Shown here piece by piece: positions 12,701 to 25,683 of a stretch of 64,000 nt of DNA (position 1 is the first letter of the stretch; each line of letters begins with the position of its first letter). Location: positions 197,985-261,984 of the forward strand of contig MU057887.1 in NCBI GenBank assembly GCA_013265495.1, given 5' to 3'. This DNA is from Vicugna vicugna (Eukaryota). The position numbers were made by a program, and so were the translations under genes. The notes beneath the pieces were generated by a model. The model saw nothing but the letters and a program-made list of their open reading frames with translations, was not told the origin of the DNA and searched no databases.

Positions 12701-15700
12701 TTGGGGGCTGTGATCTTGAGAGTGTGAAAAAAACCAGCCATGAGTCCCTGGCAACCACAGGTGTGGGGCTGGGAGGCCGTGAGGGTGGGGCATGCTGGAA
12801 ACTTCCCTACAGACAGCAGCCTCGGAAGCCGGAAGCCGCACCAGCTCTGGGGCGGGGCGTCCGCAAGGCCGCAGCCCGTCAACTCACCTGGGAAACAAAC
12901 GCAGCGTCTGAAGAAGAACTGGCCTGGGGGGGGGGCAGTCACAACTCCCCGCCAGTCCCCTCCGCCGGGCCCTGCAGGCGCTAGTTCCCCGAGGGGGAGG
13001 TACCGCCCTCCTGCCCAGCTCTGGCTGTGGGCATGTCCCAGGTCACGGGAGAGGGGTGCTCCTGGATGGGGGCCCCTGGCTGGACGCTGCCCCATCCCCA
13101 CTGAAGGGGCCTCTTAGGGAGGAGGCCAGCCTCTCAGCGGTGAGGCAGGATGGGTGAGGCGGTGTGGCACACAGAGGACCCAGGGGCTGGGGCTGCAGCC
13201 TCACTTGGATGCTGGAAAGACCCTGGGGCTAGTTTCCCTTCCTGTCTGACCTCTGGAATGATGTAGCAAAATCTGGTACCGAAGGGCATGGGCTGGTCTC
13301 CAGGGCTGCAGGGGAGGAGGCACCACAGGGACCGCTCCCTCTCCCCGGGGTCTGGGGCGAGAGGAAGGCGTGGAGTGGTGGTGCCCACCCTTCCTGGTCC
13401 CCTGGTCCCCATGGACTGCCTGTCCCACTCACCTCGTGCTCCCCGCTATCTGCGACTCGGGAGCCGTTGTGTCTGCCCCTTGGCAGGAGGCCCCAGAGCT
13501 GCTCCCTGGGCCCTCGGATGCAGGGGCACGCATCATCAAAACAGATCCCAGTGAGGGTGAAATGCAACCTACAGGCGTGTTAAACGGGCTCTCCCCCACC
13601 GACCCCAGACCTCCATAAAACAGTCATTTAGGGGATCTAATTTCCACATGGGGTCGGCTGACGCACACTCCCACTGGCCCCAGCCTCATCATCCTGCCAC
13701 CTCCAATGCCCCAGAATCTAATTTAGGGGACACACATCTGCATGGCTCCATGGGGTGCCCGCCACAGCCCGGTCCCTCTCCCCTGTTGGGAGAGGCCCCC
13801 TGCAGTGAGCCTCATGTGGGCAGTAGTGGGGAGGGGCTCGCCCCAACCCCCGGAGGCAACTGGGGGGGTTTCGACAAACGTCTACATCCAAGTAACCACC
13901 ACCCAGACCAAGATACGGGCCCTGGAGGCTCCTGGGAGCCCCACAAAGGACGGTCTGGCTGGGGGAGCAAGGTCCTGCCCTTGGCAACCAGCTCCTGATT
14001 CGATTTACCGACCCGGCAACTGATAGGGAAACAGGATTAAATCCCCACTACTTAATCCGCTGGCACTAATTAGACTCAGCATGTTTACTGACCAGCTACC
14101 CTGTGCCAGGCCCTGTGTGGACAGAAGTAAGCAAGGCAAGGGTGCCGCCCTGTCTGTGGGTGACAGGCTCCAAGCCAGCGCAGGTCCAGGATGTCAGCCA
14201 GGATCTGACACTTCCCAACCAGCAGGGAGCTGGTGGATGGAGGTCCCACCATCAGGGAAGGGGCGTGGGGGTGTTTGACGTACACAAGGCACCTCTGCGT
14301 CGAGGTGGCTTCCACAGTTCTAAGGGATGAGTTCAGGGTCCCAACGTGCAGATGAGGGAAGTGCAGGGAGATGAAGTGACCTGCCCCAGGCGAGTGGCTA
14401 GTGAGACATGCGTGGGAGGGGACTCTGAGGGGGACTGTGGCCCTCAGGTTTTAAGTGGACAGTCATACTCCTCCACCTGGTCCTGCAGGATGAGACCAGG
14501 CCACAGGGAGGAAGGGACGACTCACAGAGGGCTCAGGGACCCTGGGGGGCTCGGCACACAGCTCAGACACACAGGGGACCACACTTGGTGGCAGCACTTT
14601 GGGAACTGGGAAATGATGCTGATGGTGGATCCCAGGGGTCACTCTTCTGCATGTGGCCCTGGGCGGTGGGAACCACACTGAGCTCGGGGAGGGGGAGGCG
14701 GGAGGACCTGGTGAAACAACCCCGGTGGTGCCTCCAGGAGTGACTCCGATCGGCACCCTCACCTCCTGACTCAATTTCCCCATGTCTGTGATGGGGCCAT
14801 CAGCACCCAGGGGAGGCGGCAGACAGGCCACTAGACAATACCTTCGGAACTTGGCAGTGAGACAACCCAGGCCAAGGGCAGGGAGCGTGGTGGGGGCGGC
14901 AGGAGCAATGACCACAGAGTGCCCTGTGCGGCAGGCGCCAGCCGGCACCCCCAGTCTGCGGGGGAGAAAGCCCCCGCCTGATCCTCCGTCTTTCCCCAGC
15001 AGACTGCTGGGGGCCAGACCCTCCTTAGGCGGAGCAAGGACCGAGGGCTCGCCTCTGGGCCGCTTCCTGGTCTTGCTGAGATCTGCGTGGAGCAAAGGCG
15101 AGGGGACACGGGCAAGGCTGGCGGGAGCAGATACCGTGTGGACACTGGCCGACTCCCACCAGAACCCCTCTGGCCTCCCCACATCCAGAGGTTGACCCTC
15201 TGCATGGGGGAGGCCGGGGTAGATCTGCCAGGTGGCCACAGACATGGGGTCACATGACGGGAGACACTGCATGGCTGTCCTTCCTCTCAGCGAGCTTAAC
15301 TGGGGCCAGAGGCCCTACTACTGCCAAGTCCCCCCCAGGCATGGCCTAACACAGCCTGTCCTAAAGGACATTCCCCAGAGCATGGGTGTCCCCTGCAACC
15401 CTGTAAGCAACACAAGGGGGCCAAAGCCACCCCCAAGCACACCTGTGCCAGACAGACGCCAAGGCACAATGAGCTTTCCTGAACGGCTCCTTCCTTCACT
15501 CCCAGGTGAATAGTTGGGCAGACTTTTCGGGACCTTTCCTCTGATTCACCTTGGCCAGGCAAGTCCCCAGGGATGGTGGTCTGTAAATACCATCCCCAGG
15601 CCAGTCCGTAGTTAGTAGTGATGAGTATGAAATTGAGCCAGAAGACGGTGGGGGAGAATCTCTTCACACTTCCGCGCCTTTGCACACACACAGGTACCAG

Positions 15701-15899
15701 TGCACACACACGGACGTGCGCACACTGCCCCCTGCCTGGAACACCCTTCCGTTTCTGTGCTGGGCCACCAGCCCTCCCTGGACCTCACTCAGTAAAGCAG
15801 TGATGCTCCCCAAGCCCAGGGCTGCTGAAGGAAGCGCTGGCTGCCTGGCCCCCAGGGACTCACTGCCTGGGCGGTGGGCGGGGCACCAAGACCCTCCCC

Positions 15900-16060
15900 C
15901 AGCTTCAGACTGGAGCACATGACCCAACCTGGCCAATCACAGCACTGGATTATCTGGGACCTATTACTGGTCTAGTGGGCGGGCATATGACCCAGTGGAG
16001 CCAATCAGAATCCTTCCCTGGGGCTGAGTCTCCAACAGGGAGAAAGATGCTGTCCTGCCA
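15900..16060 (+). mobile_element. Old ERVL LTR fragment (LTR16/LTR33-like)
   Basis: Paired motifs catgacccaacctggccaatcaca and atatgacccagtggagccaatcaga, typical of these LTRs. Confidence 0.45.
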
Positions 16061-16499
16061 GGGATCCTTGCTCAGGAACTGGAGGTTGTCCCCTGACCCT
16101 GGGGCCCCGGAAGATCACCACTGGGCTGGTTCACACTGATGACGGCCCAGGGTGTCACCCTCACCTCGTGAGTAAAGGGGAGGGCACAGAGTGGGAGCCC
16201 CATACTTGTGGCTCTCTGCTTTGGGGGTGAAGGCAGCGCCTGCTTCGCCCATGGGGAAACCCCTGGGGCCTCTGAAATCTTGACACCTGGTTAAACACAC
16301 ACCTGCATACAATGTAAGTACCTACTCTGAGTCAAGGAAAAAAGCAGAGCCTTCAAAATGCCACTCCAGCCAAATGCCCACATGTGCAAGAGCTGCCCGT
16401 GGTGGTCCCAAGGAGTCGTGGGGGTCTGTCCACTGTCACCTCCACCATCACGTCCGCCCCAACGTGCTCCCTGGGAGGCCAGCCAGGAACTGCAGGAAA

Positions 16500-16850
16500 G
16501 CAGCCCAGAGTCCTGGAGTCAAATCCTGGCCCTGCCACCGATGGGCTGTAAGACCCTGCACAGTCATCACACTCCCTGAGCCTCAGTTTTCCTCATCTGT
16601 AAAACAGGGACAATTAACATGCATGCAGATTGGCTGTGATGGTTAAAAGAGGAGTGTGTGGCACGCACCTGGAGCTTAGGAGTCCCCGAAAAAGCTGCAC
16701 AGAGGTAGGACAACGTGGCCTCAGGCAGCCGTGCCTTTGATTAGGCTACCCACCCTCCCCGAGCCTCCGTTTCGTCATCTCTAAAATGGGGATGCAGATG
16801 TCATCTTCCTAGAGTGGTGAAGAATCAGAGATTAGGAAGGTAAGGTGTTC
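16500..16850 (+). mobile_element. Two adjacent MIR SINE remnants
   Basis: MIR cores ctgagcctcagttttcctcatctgtaaaacaggg (16575-16610) and gagcctccgtttcgtcatctctaaaatgggg (16761-16791). Confidence 0.75.
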
Positions 16851-17689
16851 AGCTGCCCCGTCTCTGCCCTCCTCCAGGAACCCCAGGCCTTGAGCAGAGC
16901 CTGCGAGCTGGGCCCAGTGACCTGCTGAGCTGTGCTCTGCGTGCAGATGGTGTCCCCCGGGGGACACTCAACGCTCTGTCCTCTCTGCTGGGGTAGTTTT
17001 AGAAGGAACAGTATTTCTGATGGAAATGAATAAAATGTTGAAAACAAGCTTTAGACTTTGAGCTGAATGTCCTGGGGCGGGGTGGGGAGGGACAAACCCT
17101 CACAGGCTAAATGTAGCCAAAATCGCCTCCCAGGAGGGTCCTGACCAGGCGGCACTGCCGCCTTCTCTCCCGAAATGAGTGCGGGGGCCATGGCAATGCA
17201 CGAGGTCCTGCTCCAATACCCCCGCCTCCAGGTGGCCCCGGAGGGCTCCTCCCAGCAGTGTCGAACAGGGGAAGGGTGGTGCTGGGCGGTGGAGGCAGGG
17301 ACCAGGGAAGCCACTAGCAGCCAGACCAGTTCACATTGGCTCCTGGCAGAGGCCTTTGTGAGCTCACGCTCTCCCCTTGTCCTGGCAGAAATGCCGGCCC
17401 CTGGCCTGCAGCCCCCATCTCACTGTAAATGCCCCCACTCCCAAACCCCTCTCCTCTGAGCTCCAGGCCTGCACAGGACAACCCCTCCACCGGACGCCTC
17501 CCCTTCCTCTCAAGCCAGCTCCTCTTCCTGGGTCCCTCATGACAGGGAGGGGGTCCCACCACTGCCACCCTGTGCCCGTGTCACGCCTGGGCTCAGGCCG
17601 GCCCCTCTTTCCATCACGGAAGCCTTCTCCGACACCCCTGGCCAGGTGGGAGCCTGGGCTTCACGAACCGCGGGGGTAGGAGAGACGAC

Positions 17690-18220
17690 ACGACACTTCG
17701 AAAAAGAGTTTGGTGTTTCCTACAAATTAAACACAGCCTGTGCGCTAGGACCTGGCAACTTCTCTCCTAGGTACTGACATAGAGGAATGAAAATGTGTCC
17801 TCAGAACTGCATGCCCACGAATGTCCGGAGCAGCCTTATTCATTATCGCCCCAAAGTGGAAAAACCCAAGCGTCCGTCAGCTGGAGAGTGGACAGCCATG
17901 GTGACACATCCGGGCCATGTGACGAACAGAGCAGAGGGCGAGGCGGGCCCACCAGCAGCAGGGAGGAGCCTCGAGCGAACGCAGGGGGCCAGGAAGGCCA
18001 CTTACTGATCGGTCCCACTGACACGAAGCTCATGGAAGCGAGGAAGGTGGGAGGAGTGATGGGACAGGGCACAAGGGCCCCTCCCTCCTGGGGGGATGGG
18101 AATGCTCTGTCTTCACGGGGGGGGGTAAGTCACTTGGTGTGTACAACTGTCAAAACTCATCAAACAGTAAAGACGTGTGAATTTCAATGTATGTAAATTA
18201 TATCGCAAAGAGAAAAAATT
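17690..18220 (+). mobile_element. Old L1M 3' fragment
   Basis: L1 ORF2-end/3' UTR text ctcctaggta...gcagccttattcattatcgccccaaagtggaaaaacccaag...caaaactcatcaaac...gtatgtaaattata. Confidence 0.75.
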
Positions 18221-19235
18221 ATGTATTTAAGAAAACAGCAAGAGCTGCAGCTCCAGCCCCCACGGGAAGAAAGGAAAACGGGGGCGGGGGGCTGCTGGAG
18301 GGGCGCGGGCTGGAGTGCAGCCCCACGGCCCCCGGGGGAGGACGAGGGTCACCACCCACCCCCGCCACCTCCTGGCAGCCTCACAGCCCCCGTGCTGCGT
18401 GCAGACTGGAATCAAGTCCTAGGCACGTCAACCAGGGCCTGAGGAGCAAGGCGCCATCTCCAGGAGGGGACCGGGGACCCGGGAGTGGATCAGGAGCAGG
18501 TGTGGTTTCTGGGTGGCGCTGAGACAGCGCTGGAATCGACATGGGCCGTTTATGGAGATAAAACACACACTGGCCTCACGATCATAGACAGGACTTCACT
18601 GTCCTGTTACCGACTTCTGTTCTCATCCCTCTGATGAGCACCTGAAACTGCAGAGAAGGGGTGGTGGGTTAGGGGCTGAGAGGGATAGAGGACGTCCCCA
18701 GACTGCACTCCGGCTCCCGGCGGGCACACGTGTGCTGGCAGCACTGGCAGTGGAGGAACAGCCCAGAGACGCGAGGTGGACCAGAGGCAGCGCAAGAGGA
18801 GGCAGGGAGGCCAGGGAGGAGGAGCAGTGGCCCCAGGGGGACATGCGACATGGGGACAAGGCATGGAGACCAGGGAGCCCAGGAGGGGGGTTTTAAGCAG
18901 GAGGGTGACAGGAGTCATGAAAAATCCCAGGCAGAGCCCGGAGTTCGGTGGTGGGGACACAGACACGAAAGGGGTGTCGCCCCCGCCCTCAGGAAACTCA
19001 CTACCAGGGGCTGGGGGGTAGAGCGCGTGGACAAGCCTCTGCCGCTCTGAGCCTCAGTGTCCCCACCTGTAAAAGGGAACAGTCACGGGAAACCACAGAG
19101 ATGCCTGAAACACCGCCGACCTCCACCAGGCACCGTGTGGTTAGATGGTGAGGAAATGATTCACGCCTCCCCGTGGCAAGAGGGCCTGATCTGCGGCCGG
19201 GCTCCAGGCAGGCCTGCTTCAACCCCTCCAGTCCA

Positions 19236-21039
19236 CTCGATTATTCCCAACATGAAACCCGGCCCTTAAATTCCGCTGCGAGTTCTAATTATCAGCATTA
19301 GCATTGCTGATCTTCCGCCCGCCCGCTGCGAGCGGCTTCAGAGGCACTGTGGTCCAGCACCGCATCCTTGTGTTAATAAGCTGGAATAAATGAGGCCGCG
19401 CTGAGCAGTGGGGCCCACAGGATGGAGGAACATTTTAATTTCAGATTTGGGGTCTCAAGTTATGAGGGACAACCAGAGGGAGGAGCAGGCCCCACCCCTG
19501 GGGGCCGGAGCAGGAGGCCGAGACGTGGCCCGGGTCAGTCGGGGTGCTGGAGGACGGACGGCGCGGACGGGCCTGGGCTGCCGGGCTGGGCCCTTGAGGG
19601 AGGGGGACTTTCTGTTCAAGCTGCACAGATGCGTGGGCCCCTCATGCCATCCCCACCTGGCCCTGTTTCTGCACACACCCGGGGGCTGGGACAAAGTAGG
19701 GCACAGCTTAGAGGGAGCCCGTCTCATCAGCCTTCACTGAGGGGGGAAAAGAAGGGTCACTCTCAGCCACGACCCCAGCCCTCGGCCCCTCCGAATGCAC
19801 CCGCACCTGTCCCTGGCGCAGCCTGGATGCCCTGGGGTCCCCCAAATGCTGAGGGTAAAAACAATGAAGCAGCAGCACTCAGGAAGGAGAATCAAGAGGC
19901 CACGGAGGAAACAGACACCAACAGCCAAACCGCACGCAGGGCCTGGGACACCTGCTCCCCGAACCGCCCCGCTGGGCAGAGGCAGCGGCAGATGCACGGG
20001 GGCTCCCTGCCCTCAGGGGTCATGGGCCTCCCCCCTCCCCCAACTGGGACCTCCCCCTCCCACCCAGGCTGGGGGTGGGCTGGCCAAACCGGGGCCCACA
20101 TCCTCGCCTGCATCCTCCAGTGAGGTGGACTNNNNNNNNNNNNCTCGATTATTCCCAACATGAAACCCGGCCCTTAAATTCCGCTGCGAGTTCTAATTAT
20201 CAGCATTAGCATTGCTGATCTTCCGCCCGCCCGCTGCGAGCGGCTTCAGAGGCACTGTGGTCCAGCACCGCATCCTTGTGTTAATAAGCTGGAATAAATG
20301 AGGCCGCGCTGAGCAGTGGGGCCCACAGGATGGAGGAACATTTTAATTTCAGATTTGGGGTCTCAAGTTATGAGGGACAACCAGAGGGAGGAGCAGGCCC
20401 CACCCCTGGGGGCCGGAGCAGGAGGCCGAGACGCGGCCCGGGTCAGTCGGGGTGCTGGAGGACGGACGGCACGGACGGGCCTGGGCTGCCGGGCTGGGCC
20501 CTTGAGGGAGGGGGACTTTCTGTTCAAGCTGCACAGATGCGTGGGCCCCTCATGCCATCCCCACCTGGCCCTGTTCCTGCACACACCCGGGGGCTGGGAC
20601 AAAGTAGGGCACAGCTTAGAGGGAGCCCGTCTCATCAGCCTTCACTGAGGGGGGAAAAGAAGGGTCACTCTCAGCCACGACCCCAGCCCTCAGCCCCTCC
20701 GAATGCACCCGCACCTGTCCCTGGAGCAGCCTGGATGCCCTGGGGTCCCCCAAATGCTGAGGGTAAAAACAATGAAGCAGCAGCACTCAGGAAGGAGAAT
20801 CAAGAGGCCACGGAGGAAACAGACACCAACAGCCAAACCGCACGCAGGGCCTGGGACACCTGCTCCCCGAACCGCCCCGCTGGGCAGAGGCAGCGGCAGA
20901 TGCACGGGGGCTCCCTGCCCTCAGGGGTCATGGGCCTCCCCCCTCCCCCAACTGGGACCTCCCCCTCCCACCCAGGCTGGGGGTGGGCTGGCCAAACCGG
21001 GGCCCACATCCTCGCCTGCATCCTCCAGTGAGGTGGACT
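19236..21039. repeat. Near-identical 896-bp direct duplication (19236-20131 and 20144-21039) separated by 12 N
   Basis: The offset is exactly 908. Five substitutions were seen by eye (19526/20434, 19563/20471, 19668/20576, 19784/20692, 19817/20725). Confidence 0.97.
20132..20143. other. Assembly gap (12 N)
   Basis: Run of n in the sequence. Confidence 1.
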
Positions 21040-24000
21040 CGTGGTCCACTGTGCACAGGAGCAGACAGACACGCACAGGGGAGGTATCCGCCTGACCTGG
21101 GGACCGGCCAGCTTACTGTCATTCATGGAATTTAATTTTGTGTTAGTATGTCAACTTCTGAACATTCCAGCTTGTTCCGACTTTTAAAGGCTCAATAAAT
21201 ATTCGTTGAATGAGTAGAGGGATTAGAGAATAATGGCAACTTTGGCCCTTACCGAGGCCCTGCCACATGCCACACAGTCATGATTGTATTTACTCCTTCC
21301 ACCCAGGAGGACACAAAGGGCCAGGAGGCTCAGTGACCTGCCCAAGGTCACTCGGCTTTGAGCCCGTGATCCACGCGGGGGGAATCCCAGAGACCCTGGG
21401 GAGGAGTGCACCAGGGCACCGCCAGGCCCCCTCCCAGTGTCCCCAGGTGCCAGGCCTCCCTGCAAGCTGGGCAGTGCTGGGCTCCTGGGGGCCAGGCGTG
21501 GTGGTAACCCCAGTCGGCCATGGAGCTGGCCTTTGGGGGGCCATCTGCCCGGGTAGGTCAGGGCAGCCTGCCCCTTTGTGCCTCAGGTCCTGCACCCACA
21601 GCCTCTCTCCTCCTCTTCTCCAGCAGGTCTGGCTTCATCTCATCTCGGTCAGAACAGCAATGGGCACAGGAGATGAAGGCAGAAAGACCAGAGGACTACA
21701 GACCCCACGGAAGCTGAGGACGCCCCGATTCTCTGACCTTGTGGTAGACGCGGGGTGCAAAGTGGTGAAACGGGCAACTCCGTCATCCACACAAACAGGG
21801 GCCCAGAGGGCTCAGCCTCGACTCTCACAGCCCGCGCCTCAAAGGCCCGCACTGCACACCTACTGTGTGCCAGGCACAGGGCTGCGGGCGGGCCTTTGGT
21901 CCCGCGGATGGTGACTGACGAAGCTGAGGGCAGTGGGGGCCACACCGGAGCAACGTGGGGTGGGGAGGCCCCGTCCAGCCTTTGGAGCTGCATTCACTCC
22001 TCCGTTGGTTCCCTCCTCCCTCTCTTCATTCTGTATTTTATTCCAGGCATGAATCTGAGGCAGCCTGTCCTCCAGGGGTTCCCAGTTGTGGGGACAGACC
22101 TCCTGCCCTGTTTGTGGGGGCAGAGGGAGTAGGTCACCCGCCCAGAGGAGGGGACAGTGAGCCAGGCCACGAAACAAGGCAGCACGGCGCAGGCAAAGGT
22201 CTGGCAAGGAGGAGCGGGGCCCTGGGAGGCCAGACTCAGGACCCGCATTTGTGCCGAGTGTTCATTCCTCTCTCCCAGCCAGACCCAGGGAAGAGGCAGA
22301 CACTCCTCTGAAACCTGGCCCCGGGGGCTGGTGACACGGAGCCAGGCCCCCGGATGGTGTGCGCTCCAAACCCTGCCTGCCAACCAGCGAGCGGACCCGA
22401 CGCTTGGCCAGGCTGCTGACTCTGGACCCCCGTCGATGGATGGGGGTGAGGACACCATGCTTTTAAGTGGGATGTCCACGTGGGGAGTGTGTCCTCAGGG
22501 CAGCGGAGGAGGAAACAGGCAGGGCTCCTGAGAGCGAGTGAATGAATGAGGGGCTTAGGGGACAGTATTCGCTATAGAAATAAAGTCACGGATGTGGAAA
22601 GAAGGACGCAGGGAAAGGGAGCGTCGGGTTTGGGGTCAGCAGAGTGCTTCCCCGGTGCTCACTCGCTCCGCCCTGTCGCAAGTCCGCCTCTCTGAACCTC
22701 GGTTTCCTCCTCTGTCAGCTGGAGAGATGTCTGCCTCCTGGGGTCACACAGGTATCTGCACGGAGGGCTGACGGTGCACCCAGAAGGTGCTTTGACCTCC
22801 CCCGCCACCTTAACTCCCTGTAAGCTGCTGGCGACGACGCCTCAGTGACATGAGGAGGGGAAAGCCCTCCGCGAGTGTGAGGAGCTGCGGGAGCAGGTTC
22901 CGATCAAGCTCGGTTCACGGGTAGCTCACGTCACGTTGCTCCTGCACCTCAGGAGGCCCCACCTCCCCAGGAAGGCCTGGTGCTCACGGGAGCCAGGAGG
23001 AAGCGGCGGGTGAGCCGGGGTCTGCCCAGGCTCCCCTGCACCCCCTCCCCTGAGAAATGGGGCAACTTTGCTCCGGCCAATGACATGAGGCCCGGTGCTT
23101 CCCACGCAGACACACGCCTGGATCTGCGCCCCTTCCAGCTCCGAGTGGGAACCCGGAGCTTCCGAGTGTCCTGCTCCGTGAGCGCCTGTGGGCCGGTTCC
23201 CAGGCCAGCGGCCGGCAGCCTGGCCCGTGGCCCCGACCCCCGGTCTCTGCTCTGCTCAGGTCTCCTGCACTGGGTTCAGGGCGAAGCACCTCCAGGAGGG
23301 CTGGAGTCGGGGGACAGGCAGTGATGGGGCTCCTGGCAGCCCCTTGTCTTCTGCCACCTGACCAGGCTCCCCCCAGATACTGGTGGCAGGATGGGGGGTT
23401 GTAAGGGGCCCTGCTTACCTCGCCCTTGGCAGGCAGCTGTGGGCAAGCACACGGGGGTGACAGCTGGGACACACCTGAATCTTGGGGCTCCAAGAGGGCT
23501 GGCGTTCAGGTGGGACAGGCGCTCTCCCAGTCCCGGCAGTGAATGGAGAAGACGCTGTAACCCGCACCGGAATCACAGGGCTGTGCCTTCCGCCCGGATC
23601 GCTCTTCCCTCTCCCCCAGCCTGCGTCACCTGTTTATTCATTCCGCGAGGCGGTGGGCTTGGAGTCTTGGGGACACTGCAAACTCTCAGGGCCCACCTTG
23701 TCAGCCCTCAGAGGAGCTGAATAGTGGGTACTCGGTCTCCTGACCCAGCTCCTCACCATTCTGGAGACCCTAGGGTTTTTCTCCAGCCGCCCAAGGAGGG
23801 TGGGGGTGGGTGGGTTGGATGCCAGGAGCCCCCGTTCCAGGCCTGGCTGCGGCCCTGAGCTAGTGCACACTGGGGCCAGAGAAGACTGCCTCCACAGCCA
23901 CCTCCGCGGGGACACCGCGGACGACTGCTAGGGGCATCTGCACCCTGGGACAGGTGGCACTTGCCAGTCAGGCTGCAGTTCTCTAGTTTGTTTTGTTTTA

Positions 24001-25338
24001 AGCAGAAGTCCCACCAATTCGAAACATCAAACTGGACACTGTAACGTGCAGCGGCTCCACCTCTGAAGTGCCCATGGGCCCCTCCCCATCGCCCCCAAGT
24101 CTTCCGCAGAGCCGACCCGACGCAGGTGCCACTGGGCTTTCGTGATGTGATCGCTTCGCATTTTCCCGTGTTCCCTTTCTTTTTGTTTTTCCTGCTTTAA
24201 TTTATTAATTAGTCTCTCCGCTCACAACATAATCCCAGCCCCAGAGGATCTTTTAACACAGCCAACACCTCTGAACGTTTCCTCTTCCAGTGCGTCGTGG
24301 AGGGGAGTGGAGCGGGGGCTTCCTGCTATGATGGAGACTCCCCAGGGGAGCCCCCCACCCTCCTCCTGAGACCACAGCTTCCAGGTGTGTGGGTTTGGCT
24401 GCAAGGGTTATGCTAAGACTTTGCTGTATTTAATTTGGACTGAAGATGCCCCTTCCCCCGTCAGCTGGGGCTCCCCACAGAGCCTCCCCTCCCCATCGGT
24501 CCTCCCGGGAGTCAGGCCGGGTCCTCCAGCTTCAGCCCCTCCAACCAGGCTCTTCTTAAGGAGCCTCCCAGCTGAGGACCCCACCCCAGGGGGGTGTGAG
24601 CCACCGAGGGCTCGGCCCTGAAAGGGCCCACGTTTATGCCGGGCGATGTGGGGAGCCACACAGCCAACAAGGCTGTTTAAACCCGTGCCGTCGAGGTCTC
24701 CTTGTCCGAATGCACCGGCCAGTATAGTTCCTTTCTCTTTTCAAAGCCCCTCAGAAAGAAATTCCATAAGCACCCAGCGCTCGTTCAGTGCTTCCCCGCC
24801 CCCGAAATAATCCACAGCCGCCAGGGCACATCAGCCCCTCCCTCCCCTGGGCCTGAACACCCTCACCTCAGAGGTGCCGGTGACTTTGCGAGCCCCTCCC
24901 GTGTGCGAGCGGCTCCTCTCCCTTAACCCTGAGCCCCGCACATGCAGGGATCTTACCAATTCTTTTCTCTCATCCTGGGAAGACACTAAAAACAGCTGCA
25001 GTGAATGAAGCTGCCCCACTCCCCCAGCCGAGCTTCTGTGACCGGGCGCATCATGACAACCCAGCCAACCTGAGCCACCTGGGATGTATTTGTGTGTTAG
25101 GTCCTGGCCGACTTCCCCACCTTCCATCCCGTCTCACCTGCTCCTCCGTGTGGCCTCTCTGGGGCCACTCAGGGCTACAGGTGAACTGAGAAACCAACAC
25201 TTCACCAGAAGTAACATCCCTCCCCGCATCAAGTTCATTGAGTTTACCCCGTCAGATTCAAGCCCTCCCACACCGCACCTGCAGGACACACCTGGGAGAC
25301 GGGAACCTGGAACCTCATTCTGCTCCTCTGTCTTTAAC

Positions 25339-25683
25339 AAGGGGGTCCCAGATCCTTGGGAGGCCACCAGGCTCCTATGGCCCACAGGTCAAATCAGGCC
25401 CATTGCCCATTTTTGTAACGCCCACCAACCAGGATTTTTTAAATGGTCTGTGGAGGAGAATCAAATAAAGGTTAATACTTTGTGTCATGTGGAAATTACA
25501 TGAAATTCACACATCAGTGTCCACAAGTAAAGTTGTATTGGAACATGGCCGCACAGGTTCCCTCTGTGTTGTCCACACTGCCCTGCAGCGGCAGAGCTGA
25601 GTCGTTGTGACAGGGGCCCTGTGGCCCATCAAGCTAAGCAGATGCCCTGTCTGGCCCTTTCCAGGAAGTCTGGCGACCCCCCA
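25339..25683 (+). mobile_element. MER58B-like hAT-Charlie DNA transposon
   Basis: Collinear with recalled MER58B: ctatggcccacaggtcaaatcaggccc...aaattacatgaaattc...taaagttgtattggaaca...gcagagctgagtcgttgtgacag...tctggcccttt...gcgacccc. Confidence 0.85.

Noticed and set aside
19408..21095. Duplicated ORF pairs as a gene duplication
   Set aside because: They simply reflect the 896-bp DNA duplication, and the peptides have no coding features.
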